From positions 416,859 through 480,858 of the forward strand of contig OZ199838.1 in assembly GCA_964304625.1 (NCBI GenBank): a DNA stretch of 64,000 nucleotides, given 5' to 3'. Each line of letters starts with the position of its first letter. The first letter of the stretch is position 1. The position numbers were made by a program, and so were the translations under genes. The DNA comes from Kudoa neothunni. Taxonomy: Eukaryota > Animalia > Cnidaria. This document shows positions 27,715 through 42,709 of this stretch, one piece after another. The notes beneath the pieces are model-generated. The model was not told the origin of the DNA and made no database searches. It was given only the letters and a program-made list of their open reading frames with translations.

Positions 27715-30700
27715 AGAAGATAAGAAGAATATTACAATTGGGAAGACGTCGACAATTTCATCAAAATGCCGTGCTAAGAAGTGAATAAACGGATTTGAGG
27801 GTTTGTGTTATTCCGGCGGTAAGGTTATTTTGGACACTACCTGATCCTCCTCATTTTCTACAGACACTTCCTACAAAATATCTGATGATACAATTGCACT
27901 TTCCGGATGACATTTTTGGAGCGAACGTAATTATTAGGAACTGATTCATTCCTACTTTTAAGGTTCACAGTCATGCTTGTCATCGAATTGGATCGATATC
28001 GCTTTCTGAAAATGAGCGACCGAAATTCTTGCAAATATATTTCATACGAGACATGCATTTGCAACCTTAAAATCGATCCAACATGTATCTCCAGATTAGG
28101 TATGATATTATTTTAGCGCTTCAAGATATGTTACACAGGCACAATAGCTACATCCGCAGTTTTATGTATGCTTTAGAAATGTACCCGTCCTCTGATTTTA
28201 ATTTAACCATAAACGCTGACGAGCGTCCACAGGGAGAATATGGGAGAAGATACAACGCCCCAACTTACAATGAAATGGTCATCGTAATGTTGGATGAGCA
28301 GCATTGTAGGAGGGATATTGTTTTGAGCAGTAAGGACAACAGACCTCAAAGAATAAGCGAAACACACAGATCGTATTATGTATTGCAATATCCACTAATT
28401 AATGTCTATGGTCAATATGGTTACCATTTTCGTATTCCACAGATTGGCACAAACAAAAATGTTTCATGTAAGGATTTTTATTCTTTTCATTTTATGGTAA
28501 GGGAAAAGGGTTTTAACATGCTGCATCAGTTTGGGACATTATTCCAACAATGTATTTGCAAAGATGGAATCTGAGAGACTTTGTTTCATTAGATTCAACA
28601 ACAAGATGAACTTCGTGTCGAATCTTAAGTCAATTTAATGGATAGCATTCGTAGCTACGGTGAAATAAATGGACGTGGATGGTTGTGTATTTTGCCGTCG
28701 ACTTTTGTAGTTTCACCACGTTATATGAACGAGAACATGCAGCTTGCCATGACCTACGTTCGATATTTTGGAGGACCGGACCTATTTCTAACATTCACGT
28801 GTAATCCATTTTGGAGCGAAAGTAATGGAGAGTTATTTCCTGACCAAGTACCTAAAAACAGACTAGTCATAGTTACCAGAGTATTCAACTTGAAGTTAAG
28901 TTTTGATGAATTTAATTAAAAAATTGAAGATTTTTGATCAAGTTCACTGTTATATGTATACTATTGAGTAGCAGAAATGAGAGCTGTCACACGCTCATAT
29001 ATTGGTCTGGATGAAACAGAAATTGCTTTCCAATGAAATCGACCAATTCATATCGAGCGAATTATCAGCCCAGGTGTAGATCCAGTATTGTTCCAGATTG
29101 TAAGAACAATTATGATCCATGGTCCCTGTGTTGGGTTGAATTCAGAAAGCCCGTGCATTAATGATCAGAGAACATGCACCAAAAACTATTCCAGACAGAC
29201 AGTGATGGATTTCCTGTTTACAGAAGAAGACGACCTGAAGATGGGGGTTTTTTGGGCGTCAATCTATCTGTACAACAGTGGGGAAGTCATCATAGATAAT
29301 AAGTGGATTGTTCCCTATTATCCTTTGTTGACGAAGATTTTCAATGCCCATATTAATGTAGAGTATTGCCATTCAGTAAATTCCATTAAATATAAATGCA
29401 AATATGTAAATAAAGTTTCTGATGCCGCCATGTTTGTTGATAATCAAAGAGATCATTTTGTTAAAGTTTCAAATTACCAGGTTGGTCGCTACATAAGCAG
29501 TAACGAAGGATTTTGGAGATTCTTCGGCTTCAATATTCATAGTCATTTTCCAACCGTAAAGCATTTAAGCCTCCATTTGGAGAATGGCCAGCGTATTTAT
29601 TTCACCGACGAAACCTTGTTGAATCGATTACAAGATCCAAGGGACACGACATTAACCGCTATTTTCAAGCTATGCTAGAATAACGAATTCGCTTAAAGTC
29701 TCCTCTACCATCAAATCCCATCTTATTACGTATGGAATGATAATAGTTGGCATCGGAGAATGAGAGGATGTCCAGTTTAAGGCCACCCATGCATACGATT
29801 CGACGCTACAATAGGAAGAGTTTACAGTGTACATCCTGCACTTCAAGATTGATTTTATTTGGGGATATTGCTCCATTGTGTAAAGGGACCTTCAAGTTTT
29901 GACGATCTTAAGAAGGTTGACGGTCAGCTATACCCAACATACCTTGAAGCGTGCTTTAAAAATGATTTGGTAGCGGGAGACAACCACTAGGAATGTACAT
30001 TACTAGAAGCTGCTCTTACAAATAATAGTCCACGACAATTACTAAGATTATTCGCATTGTTGATCAGAAATTTCGAAACGTATCAGCCTCATAAACTGTG
30101 GTTACTTTTTAGGAAACGTATGTCGTAAGATTACCGGTATCAACTGCAACAAACCAGTTCAATGCTACACGTGATTTTCAATTCTGACCTTTTTAACATG
30201 TCCCTACTTGACATAGAGGACACTTTAATTCAAATGGGTGGAGGAATGTTAAATTCATACGGATATCCTCCTTTGGACAAAATTTGGCGCCTTTCTTCCA
30301 AATGAAGTCCAGAGATAATTTGCCTACAACATTGAAGAATTAACCGAGTTTGTAGAAATAAACAAGCCGAAACTGACGCCTGACCAAAGATTTGCATTTG
30401 AAACAGTGTTGGTAAGCATTTATAATAATATAGGTAATTGTAACGTTTTTTTGATGCACCGGGTGGTACGGTTAAGACATTTGTGACAAATCTTTTATTG
30501 ACCGAATTAAGAAGAGATTCTAAAATTACACTTGCTGTTACATCTTCGGGCATTGCAGCCACATTATTACCAGGAGGTAGGACCATCCAGAGTAAATTTA
30601 AATAGCCAATCGCGATTAAGGGTGATGGAACTGACGTACGTGCAATCAGCAAAGGGACAAGTTTATCCCACTTCTTGACAAGATGCATGACCATCATATA

Positions 30701-33134
30701 GGATGAATGTACGGTGGCGAACAGAGTGGTTTTCGAAGGTTTGGATAGAACGATAAGGGATTTAACAGACAAAAACATTCCGTTTGGTCGAATCACAATG
30801 GTTTTGTCGGCGATTTTCGTTAAACTCTGCCCGTAATACCCAGAGGTACAAGATACGACCATGTAAAATATCCCCTAAAGTTCTCCTCCTTATGGGCGAA
30901 CGTTAAAATCATCCATCTCAACACCAATATGAGAGTGTAACTGAGCGATGATGAAGGAGCCAATCAATTCGCTTCAGAAATACTACGGATACGTGATAAT
31001 CAACTTACCATTAGGCCACATGGATGTATTCCTCTGTGTTTCGTGGCAAAACATGGCTTCGTGCATGGATGAATTGACAGACCATGTTTTTCCAGAAATA
31101 CAAACAAACTTTTACAACTCAAATTGGCTGTCAGAACGAACTATCTTAACTCCCACAAACTAATCCTTAAACAAAATCAATGATAGATTGATCCGTCTTA
31201 TTTCAGGCGACTCTGCGGAGTATAATCATATGACACCGTCGTGGACAAAAATTAATGTATTAATTTCCTTGTTTAATTTCTCAACAGTCTAGAGTCTAGA
31301 GCTATCGGAGGTTCCTTCACACAAGATTCTTCTAATGGTAGACACTCCAATTATTTTGCTAAGAAATTTGGATTCATCAAGGTTGTGTAACGGCAATCGA
31401 CTATTGGTATAGTCGTTAATGTCTTACCTTATTGAGGTCACTATCATAACAGGTTGTGCCAGAGGGTAAGATGTAAATATTCCGATTATTCCTTCAGACA
31501 CCACCTTTAATTTCAGAAGACTGCAATTTCCCATCAAACCATGCTTTGCAATATCCATCAATAAGGCCAAGGGGAAAACCTTCAAAGTTACCGGTTTAAA
31601 TTTGGAGAAACCGTGTTTTTCTCATGGACAGTTGTATATCGCCGGCTCCAGGATAGGCTCCAAACACAATTTATACGCTTTTTCTCCGAATGGTCTGACC
31701 TAAAATATAATTTATAGGGGGGGTATTACAATAACTATGTTATCATTTTCATATTTATATGAATCTTACTCGCCTATTTAAATTCAGTGTTTATATAAAT
31801 TTCATTCAAATTTATTTATATGAAACAATGTCTCTTTGATTCTATTTTTGGGAATATATCTATAATGTTATGTGGAACATTATTCCAAATTTTGCAGCAT
31901 GTTCAAACATTATTCTATTATCATTAAGCGATACGAGTAGAAACTTTACATGAGACACTTTTGTTTGCCAATTTTTGGAGTGCAAAACTGATAACAATCT
32001 TCATCCCCGGCATTTATTTTTGGATGTCGCAGTAGACTATGCGATTTATGTGCTTCGATTACTGTTTGAGGTATGTTGTGTTTTTTTCACAAAAAATATC
32101 GAATACATCATGCTGCTCATCTAACTTTATGGGGGGCAATAATCGTTACTTTGAGTGTTATATCAACCTCTATTTTCTTCTTAAGAATGCCGTCAGTATC
32201 TTTTATTGTAATAGGATCAGACGTTGGATGGATTCCCAAAACAAACATAAAATGGTAGGGTATAGTTATTTTTCCTGTTAAACATATATTGGGTGTTAGA
32301 GATATACGTACTTTTTCTGAAAACGTGTTGCTGATCAATTCTAAGCTTGTATATGCAAATCTTCTAAAAATACATTTTGTAAAATGCCGGTTCGCCGTCG
32401 TCTTAATGTTACTACGATCCAATTCCACGGCTAATTTGATCCCATATCTTAAAGTAATCACAAATCCTGATTAAACGAACGCGTTAGTTTTAAAAGTGAC
32501 ATAATACTGTGTTATTATATCTTTAAATATGCTTGTGGAAGTATTTTGAAGTTTGTTGTCTGCATTTTTCAAGATTTTGCGTGTGACGGTGCGACGAAAT
32601 TTCTTTGGTAAGCGTTTATAGGATTTCATGTTCAAAATTTAATCTACCACATTGTTATAGGTATGATTCAACTGAGCAGGTCTATAACAGAATTCAAGTG
32701 ATAATTCAATTTCGGAATCTATATCCCTTTATCCGTTGACTGTATAGTTGTATTCCGTTGTAATGCCTCACGTATACGTCGATTTCTATTTGCTTTCCTT
32801 CGTTTCTTAAAATCGCGGATGCATCAAATAATGACGATGAGATTTAAATGAAATGAGGTTCATTTTGTTTGAATTATAGTTTCTTTAATATATTTTTATT
32901 AGGTTTTTTCTGTTTCTTGTTAAATATAATGGCTACCTACATTATTGTGTAAAATTTTATGTTTCATTTATGACTGTTCATTTCGTGTAGTAAATTTTCG
33001 GCAGATGTTTATGCCAATAACATATTGAAACATTTATTATATTGGAAAATATAATTTAAAAAATTTTTATTTCAATTTTGTCCCCTAAATTAGATATTCC
33101 CACCACTCCGAGCGTAGCCGGATATTTCAGCTAG
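27715..33134 (+). mobile_element. 5'-truncated Helitron with decayed Rep/PIF1 helicase (CDS remnant ~27720-31730)
   Basis: Rep motifs LPSTFVVSPRYM, PDLFLTFTCNP, HAHILVW, MIHGPC and AHINVEYC; helicase motifs DAPGGTVKTF, SSGIAATLLPGGRT, RRLQFP and PCFSHGQLY. The 3' end is hairpin CCGAGCGTAGCCGG followed by CTAG|T at 33131-33134. Confidence 0.92.
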
Positions 33135-34106
33135 TACATATATATAGCCATTCGTTTTGACGATCGATCAACAAAAACACTAACAATTCAAGAGAATAGA
33201 AATAATTTCGAGACCACACAAGAAATATTTGATGTAATGAAATCGTTTTTTCAGCAAAATTACTAACCGGGTACTCACCTAACAGTTGATGAGAGAATGA
33301 TTTCATTTCGTGAACAATGTTCTTTCCGCGCATATTTGAATCAGAAGCCCGATCGGTTCGGAATGACTGTTAGCAACAATTATTCCTGGATTAATTATCT
33401 CATAACAATTTTTTTGTCAATACTTTTTTAAATATCGATAATTTTACTTCTAATCAATTATTACAACCCAATAAATTTTCATAATTTTTTATGATGTGAT
33501 ATCTTAATGGATTAATAATTTACTAAGTTCATAATTGATTAATTTCCTATATCCGCACATTACCCAGTCTATTTTAACGATATTTTCATATGAACAACTT
33601 CATAATAAGATTTATACATTATTTTTATTTTTTCAAAATAGTCTTTTAGTTTGTTTTTAAGGAGTTAATTAATGAATAGAAGACAATCACGCGCCAAAAA
33701 CTGCTTATCGTTCATTTACAGGATTAACCGGAAATTACTCCGAAAGAGTGCTTTTCGAGTGTTTGGCCCGATTCTCATTTTTTAACAATGCAAGGTTCTT
33801 TATTTCTTCGCTCTTTTCGTGTAATTTCAGAAACGTATTTCAATATGTTACGAGTCAATGGACAATGATTTCTTATACTTCGAACCCTGTACACATAGAC
33901 TAAAAAATTAAAAGGATTCGTTCAATTTTTTTAAGAACTGAAAAATAATTCAGACGATTTAATTGATTATTATTAAATTATAAAGCATTTTAATTACTTA
34001 ATTAGGCAGGTTTGAAAAAAATTTTGCTGAAATAAAAAAATGCTGGGGTCAAAACTGACCCCACATAGGAACATACACTATTTTGTCGAGCACTATTCCG
34101 TGAGGG
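33135..34106 (+). mobile_element. Right part of a degenerate piggyBac element
   Basis: DERMISFREQCSFRAYLNQKPDRFG remnant (~33288-33363); GGGGTC-N6-GACCCC at ~34045; ends AGGG-TTAA (34107-34110). Confidence 0.75.
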
Positions 34107-34234
34107 TTAATAGGTGCAAATCTCCTAAACGTTTTGAAACTATTTCTGAGAAAAAAAAATAGAGAACAATATAAATACAATTTTTTCTCTTGTTCATTTA
34201 AATTTTGAATAAACATTAGGCACAAAAAGATTAA

Positions 34235-35625
34235 CCCTCACCGTACTGCGCGCGAAAAAATTACGCGTGTGTCGATGGGGTCTATTTGGGACCCCCTTTT
34301 AAATCAGCCTTAAACTCCTTCAATTATCACGAAACTAACACGATGTTATTTATAGACATTTATAAGTATAAAAAATAAAATCTAGCTCTCTCCGGTAGTT
34401 TAAAATGCAGATTTGAGACCAAGATGAACTTATTGTGTCCGACCAATATGATGAAATCAGCGCATATATTTCAGCGCCAATGATTTAGAAGGTGTCTAAA
34501 CGAAATAAATGTCTAATTTAACCGACTAAATGCTATAAAAAATTAATAGATGATGATCAAGCACAGGGCCGACTAAGCGCCGTCCTATAGAAATTATCGG
34601 AATATTTCGGAAGTAGTAAATGTAGCGGCGCATGCAGTTTGCTCTGAGATTTCATAGAGAGCAGTGTTTGAAGAACTCGCATGGTTTTAATTCCTTCAAA
34701 ATTAAAATAAAAAAAATTATAAAGGTGCATTGCTTAGTAATGCATTTGCATTTTTAAATGCTACGTCCTCTTACGTTTTTACGAACTTTTTTTATTTATT
34801 TGCATATTTAAGAGTTAATATGATTAGATTAAAGAATTTTATTTGAGGAAACCTAAGTAGTTTGAATATTTTGGTATCCATACTTACAAAACTGCTGGAA
34901 CACACGTCTAACGCTTTTATACGAATAATTCGTAACACACACGTCGATATCAATAATCAATAAACGCACAGTGCTTTAACTACTGTTATATACTCAATAC
35001 AAATATTAATAGCCATTATTTCTGACTATTTTTGAAAATTATTGATATTTCCTGTTGCTTATTTTATTAAATTTGCAGTAGAACAATTGTTCGCCAAATA
35101 CCTTGTACTCTATCAATTTATATTTCGTCGAATAAAAATTACCGAATCCCCAGATAATAAACAAAGATTCTAATAGTTATATTGCAAATAATGAATCATG
35201 GATTAATTTATTGTTGGTAAACAGAGATTCTTTAGAGAAACAAGAGTCTACCAACCAAGAAGCGCGGTACGTATGAATTCTCGCTAATCTCCTATTAAGT
35301 CGAAGTATGTATAAACCTTACGTATATATGACTTAAAAATCAATTAAACAAAATTTATATATATAAATAAGTAAAATAGATTAATATGCATATAATGGAC
35401 CATTTTTCTTGAAATTCTATAGGAATAAATATGCGGATTATGAAATAAATATAATCTCTAAGGCATATTTTTTAAATTAGAAAAAGAATTATGGTTTCTA
35501 TACTTACTTTTTAACCTTATAAAGGCATTCCTGGAACAGTTAAGAAGTCAATAGTTCATTTTCAGAGTAACGCGAAAAATACTAAAATTGGGGTCCCTAA
35601 TGGACCCCGCTTCGGACAGGTAGGG
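34235..35625. mobile_element. Non-autonomous piggyBac (1.39 kb)
   Basis: TTAA-CCCT...AGGG-TTAA with subterminal palindromes; the empty TTAA site is preserved in the paralogous arm at 58536-58539. Confidence 0.9.
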
Positions 35626-35798
35626 TTAATAAATAAGAATTAAGAAGTGATACGCATAATAAATGTTGTTAAGATTTTATATATTTTTAGAAAAAAATAA
35701 ATATAAGTTCAATATGAAAAGATACTAAAAGTTATCTATTACAATAATTTTATAATAATATTGGTAACTGATGTAATGGATGATGAATATATCAGTTT

Positions 35799-38700
35799 TT
35801 ATAGATCGTAAGAAATTTCCTTAGAATTCTTTCTGTAAACAACTACACCTATCACAACCAAAAGTGAAATCACGATGGGTATCATTGCATATAATCTAAG
35901 AAAGCTTATCTACAACAAATATGTATATTCTACTACATGTAACTTCCAACAGACCTATCTAATGTCAAACTTGAAAATATAAATGTAAATTACGAATAAC
36001 TATTCTTTGCAGCATCAAAATTGTGATTTTCTTTACTATCTACAATGTTTCTTTTTTATCAGATCATTAAATTAAAATAATTTTACTAAATATAATCTTA
36101 TAAATATGACATGAAAATTGTTGTTACCCTTTCTCAACCTTTTCTACTACTTTTTGAACGATATCATCTACAACAATGTTGGCATATTCACTCCTTATGT
36201 TTTCTCCTTCTATAAATTTTTTATTCCATAAGTTTCATTTATTTAAGTTACTAAAAGTAGATTATTATAATTATATAATAGATAATTGGAATTCTATTAC
36301 CTTTTTATTTTACCAATTCTTGAGTCTTCGCCAAATATATTATTAGAAAATAAGAATTATTTAATAATTTAAACAAAATATATTACATTGAATACTATAT
36401 GGTCTATACAGTGAGTGATCTTTTGCTTTCAATTTCAATATATAATCCTTTTCTATCGATAAATTATTGATGTTAACGACACATTTATTGGCAGAGCATT
36501 CTTCATCATCATTACACCATGTAACAATTTTTCCCTCCTGGTTGTCTACGATTTTTTCCTGAATCATAAACGGACATCTTGAATTGTCATCTTTTCCTGT
36601 GAAATCCACTTTAATTGTCAAGTCACTATCTCCATTCAACGAATGCTTAAGTGAAATACTACCATTTACTAAATAATATTAATAAAACATAAGATTATTG
36701 ATTATGAATACTTGTCTCAACAGAATACTCCTTTTGTTTTTTGCCATCAGATGGTTCGACGGTTACGTTGTAGGTCACTCCCAATTCTAGGTTGACAATT
36801 TTGAACGTAGCATCACATTTATTCTCACATGCTCCCATTCCCTCACACGTAGCCATATATTTTGGATCTGAGACAGCACTTTTTTTAACATAAATTCTAC
36901 AGACCGGCAAATAATTATCATGTCCAAATGGTGTTATTATAGCAAGTGGAATTTTGGATATTTGGTTTCGAATCCTTTGCAGCTAAATCTCCTCCCTCAG
37001 CTAAATATATCGTTAAACATTAGTGTTTAAATATGCTTTTACTTGTTCGGAATGTTATTTTCTTTATATAATCAGAAATCCCAATGTTGGTTACTGTTAC
37101 AGAAACTACATAACTTGTACCCCTCGCAAGCCCATTAATTGAATACGTCGCTGCACAATTAGTATTACATTCACCATTGCTATCACAACGAGGTTTTGTT
37201 TCAGTCGAAAAAGTATTTACTTGGCGTATTTTAATTGTACATTCTACATTAGGTTGACCTGTATTCATATCCTTATACACGTTAAGTCCAGTAAGGGTGA
37301 CTTCCGTGTCCTTAATATCGCTTATATTTATACCACTGTCATTTCCTAAAAGACATTATTTTTATTGTTGAATCCAATACTACTTTTAAAATATTGTTTG
37401 AATCCTTCGGTATCAAACCTTCGTTTAACAATTATTCCAATGTTCTCACTGCCTTCTGTCAAACTGATAATACCATCTTGACAAAGATGGAAACACTCTT
37501 TTTTCTCCTCAGTGCATCCATTCAGAACAGTACTTTGTTGAGTTGGGTCACTTCCATCTACCTTAAATACCTTGATGTGACAAATTTCGCCATTGTATGG
37601 ACCAGGAGAGAATTTTATCTGAAGTCTTCTATTGTTATCCTCAATACCTGAAACAGAATAAATAATCTCAGATTTTAGTGGGGTCTCAGAATTCAAATAA
37701 GTATTATTCATGTAATAGAATATTCCAGGCCATAACAGCGTTGAACTGATATTATAATAACATATGTATCTATCAAATGAGAGCGAAACAGTTTTAACGT
37801 TTGTAGTCTCGGAATAAGTTGATATATCAAATAAAGTCTTTTTTGTACCAATATGTGGATCATCCATCCCGTCATATTGTATATTCCAATCAGTCATTGA
37901 GTTTGATTTGTAAGAGAAATTAACTTTGCCATCAGCATAAGATATTGCATAAGTGTTATCTTGTATGTTATCTATAAAAAATATCGTTGAAATTTATAAT
38001 GTATAAATATTCTTTATTTTAATTACTCATTATTATTGGGAACACTTGCATCTTTTTACATCTTCTGGCTTCTGCGTCGTCTGCGCCGTAACAAACTGAT
38101 ATATATCGATCGACTTTTGAATTAATATATCCGACGTTAAGATCGCTTTTAGTGCATTCCACCAAACAATCATCCCCATCTCCTTCTGTGCAGAGTTGTG
38201 GCTTTATAAATTCAGTTCCTGCAAAATTAGCCATTTTTATCACACACTTTGCTGCGGAAAAATCTTTCAATGTAACGGAAAATTTCTCAATATCTACATC
38301 CGAAGATTTATAAACTTTTGTTCGAGTTTTCCACGTCGAATAAAAGCTATAAATGTATGTCAATTTAAACCTCTGTGTAAATGTTACCTGGTATCGATAG
38401 CTTGAATGGTGACGATTTTTGATCTGCATAAATCATCAACCTGTAGTTATATTTGTTATCGTATATATCATCAAATTCAATTTGGACGCATTTTTTGACA
38501 TCATTACTATTATCACATCCAATACAAGACTTTATTATTCTCGTGGGTGAAGCTATTTGAAGATAATAAAAATAATATGACACTATTACTTTCGTTTGTT
38601 TCATGTTTATATAACTGATAGTAACATTTTGTAGTGCTTGCGTCATTCATATTTCCTTTTGGTTGTATTATGAGCTTGTTCTTCTTGGTATTAGTTGAAA

Positions 38701-41700
38701 CTTCAAATTCAATTTGTTCACCAACTATTGATTAATTAATTAAATATGTAAATAATTCCCATTACTGGTTTTTTTGTTAAAAATTTGAGTGCCATACGTT
38801 CCACTAGGAACAATTTTCAATTCATACGTAGTATAGAAATTAAGCCCAATGATGTCGAACTGTGATTTGCACGATTTTACGCACAACACATTATCTGCAC
38901 AAATTGCAGGATAATATAAATCACTTTTCTCTTTTATGTAGATGGTACAAATATTTTCTGGAGCCGCTAAATTTTGATTAATTGTGATTCCATTCGCGCT
39001 GGCAGAGATTGAATCCTCTCTAATTAAAAGTTGTTGGTTTTGAGCTGAAAATATGTTTAAAATAACTTTTAATCTGACTAAATACTTATTTTGTGGAAAA
39101 AATATTTTCTTGGTGAGTAATTAGGTATACCCGTTATGGTCACCATAATATCATTATGTAAATAAGTTGGATCAGGCTCAATTTGAACCTTCCCAAAGCT
39201 ACAATCGGGCGATGAACCACCTACATCTTTCCTCCCGTTTTCAGTAACTAGTGGAGCGTATGAGTTCCATAAGTTTATCGTGCATGCAACAGGCGGAGGA
39301 GAAATTTCTCCACCATCTTCATTTTTATCTTTCCCCCTAATGTTTATTTGAATTTTATTTTCAACTGTTGTCGCAGGAACATCGTCACCATGTTTCACTA
39401 AAATATTTTGTGTTATTTATTAAATATATCAAAGTCATACGTATGTGTATATTATTTTGATAACCGATAGTAGGTTTCATTCCTAGTTTTAGCACCCTTA
39501 TTTTAACCGCCTTTACACTCGGCTGCACATTTCCAAATGTATAGTTGTTGCACAAACTGAAGAAACAATTTTCTTGATTATCACATCGATTCGAAAAAAA
39601 ACTGTTTGAATTTGCCGCTGTGGCGTCTATCCATTCGAATGTGCACATTTCAGACGGCTCTGGATTAGTAAGTTTAACTGTAAATGTATCTTTTTGTTCA
39701 ACATTATTTAATTCGTAATAAAATCTACTTAAAAAGGGAGCTTGATTTTTAACAAATGTATTGTCATAGAAATAATGGAAATCAAAATATTCAGGGCAGC
39801 TTATATAATAATCTTTGACTAACTCATCAAATTGAATCGAATAACTTTCAACTTTGTTATGGGTGTCGCAAGATTGTGGTTGATTCACAACAATTTGTTT
39901 TTTGGTATCCTTGAATGATTTGCATTTTAATGGGCATTTATTTAAACCCAATTTTATATTGTCGCCTTCTAATTTAGCTGTGTGGGTAATTTCTTCGTAA
40001 TGATCTTCAAAAAATGATTTAATTCATAAAAAAATTATTTAATACCTATATAGTATGAATAGACCTTTCCTTCATTAAAAGGGACGTTTTTTGTCGTTGG
40101 TATTATCGATTTTTCTTGTTCAAATGTTGAACGTGATGGTGTTTGATTTATTATCACCCCTGGGTCGCCGTTATTTCCTATAAGTGGTCCTTTCGTATTG
40201 CTGCTTCCTGAAGGCAGGACTTCGCCAAGTGATTGCAATCTTGCAATAATTTCTTTCTTAATACCCGATTTTTTGGCATCTGTGTCGGCAGTTTTACTGA
40301 CTTGATAAGTGACAGAAATATAATTTGGTTTATTCGGACTATTAGGATCAATTTCGAATTCTGTTGAAAGGACGGTGCATTGTTTTGGCGTTTCCCCACC
40401 GATTCTGTCATCAGAATAACCCAAAAGGTCATCTTTAGATTTTTTGACTGTGCAATGCTTGTTGCTCTTACTAGTTAGTTCATTATTCTTGAATTTTACC
40501 TTGTACTTTCGTGCAGATTTATTGTAATATAATACCATATCCTGATTACCTTCATCGATACCACCTATAAATAAAAAGTTAATATTTCAACAAAATAACA
40601 ATTACATTCTATGTTTTTTTCTGTTGGGTTGGAATAACCAACATTTATAACAACTAGTTTATAGGTAACTTCGCAACTGAGAGAAGCCCATGAGAAATCT
40701 ATTGTGTTAGTTCCAGTCGCTATAATGGGATCACATGCGCTATTCAAACAATCCTTGATAATTTTTGTAGATTCTTGTTCCAGTAGAACGTACGCCCAAG
40801 AATTTCCTAATGTTTGACCTGAAGCAGCAGCCACGGTAGCTTTAGTTTTCTTTTCCTCAACAACTTTTGAGGTGGTTATTTCTATCTCGATTCCACCAGC
40901 TATTAAATTTCATTTTCATTAAACTTTACAAATAAATTACTTGATTCCCCAATGTTTTCAATACAGTTATATCCTTCCGGACAAACAGTTATTTTGTACG
41001 TTGTTTTAGGGTCAAGGTTTATAATATTGAATTCAATGTTACAAGCACCGGAACAAAATTCATTAGCTTGACCTTTTTTACATGTAGCAGGATACATCGA
41101 TGTATTGCTTCCAGCAACTGAATAGTAGAGATCACATTTTGCCTGATTAACTCTTTCATCGGAGAATGAACTAGATAGATTTAGAGTTAGTGCATTTTGT
41201 TGATCAGAAGTGGGGGTTATGTTTAGTTCACCAGTTTTTATTACTTGTTCTCCTATATAAATTTAGGAATATAGAGTTAATATTTATCGTTACCTTTAGT
41301 TTTGAAATAGAAATAACGGTGGTAATAATTAACTCCAGGAGAATCTAATGTTGTAAGTCCTTTTATTTTAAGTTTTAAAATATATTCTGTTAGTGGCAGA
41401 AGAGAGCTCAAATTGATTGATTCAAATCGTTTGCAACCACCATCACACGTTACATCGTTCCAGTTATTTTTAATTCCCAGATTTTTCTCCATTATTTTAA
41501 CTTCAAAAATATCTGCTCCATCTACAGCACTAGTCTCGCCTTCATTTCGATTTAAATTAGTTAACTCTACAGTTGCCACGTTCTTTCCAGTTACAGTAAC
41601 AGTAGGTTGACCGGTAGCGACTATAAAATTGATAAGACATATTAGATAGATTAAAATTTACATGTTATAGTTTGAATAAACTCTTTTGATGTTATCTTAT

Positions 41701-42709
41701 CAAAGGGTTTAACGAGTACTTGGGCGAACTTAAAATCTGTCTCATGATATAAGGTAGCTTTGTAGCAAGGTTGAAGACATGGTCCAGCTCTCTTCATACC
41801 CGAACAATTAGAAGAAAAATGAGAGTCATTAATATCTTTTATTCCAAAATAACAAATTTGTGAAGGTTTCGGATTTTGGAGCGTAATTGTATAATACTTA
41901 TTATTATCGTTGTTTTCTTTTGAACCAGTTGCAATAAACCAATCCTCATCAAGGTTTTTTGAACTCAATAAAATTTCTGGCGTTTTTTGATCGACTTCAA
42001 TCACATACGTAGGTTGATATGATTTAGAAGGTAGTGTAATAGATTTTGTTGAAAAAAAGGTTTCCGACGATCCGTGTCTCTGTCTTGAAGCAGAATTTTC
42101 TTTGTCTGTCAATTCGTTACTGTCTTTACTTTGAACTGAAACAGTGAACGTACTAATTGTTTTGGTTGCTGTCAGTAAACTCTTTATGTAAAGATCTATT
42201 TTATTATATTAAAATATGGTCAAATATATTTCCATACCTTTTATGGCAAAAACTTTCTTGATTGGGCATTTTTTTACATCATTACCATCCTTACCTTGAC
42301 ACCATTTTATAAATTTAATGGTTTTAAACTCTGCACCACTAAGATTTAGTTCGACTTTTTTACATTCGTAAGTACACATCTTTAAATTTGTATCCAATTT
42401 CGCATCATTTTGAACATTTGTGCAATTAGGGACAGTGTCAATTTTCGCCCCATTATGGTCATAGTATACGAGAGCGCAATGTTTGAAGCTATTCTCAATA
42501 TTGTACCCAGAAAGTGAAATAATATATTTCTTAAAAGTGTGCGAAAAATTCACTTTCATTATATTATTATCAATATTATCAGAGATCACATTTTTCAAAC
42601 ATAACACTAATAAAGATTAATCTATATAATCTCAATGAAAATTACAAGTTAAAATGACGAGATATATTGTAGAAGCATATCGTTGTCTCAAAGACAATCT
42701 CATCATCAT
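35799..42709 (-). CDS. Giant Cys-rich FN3-like repeat type I membrane protein, copy A (~2,000 aa, ~20 exons)
   Basis: ATG at 42709; signal-like N-terminus; ~40-nt GT-AG introns at the same positions as in copy B; LxPxTxY tyrosine-corner motifs; C-terminal TM MIPIVISLLVVIGVVVY + RKNSKEISYDL*. At least two 1-nt indels (~38308, ~36944). The 3' mini-exons are uncertain. Confidence 0.85.
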
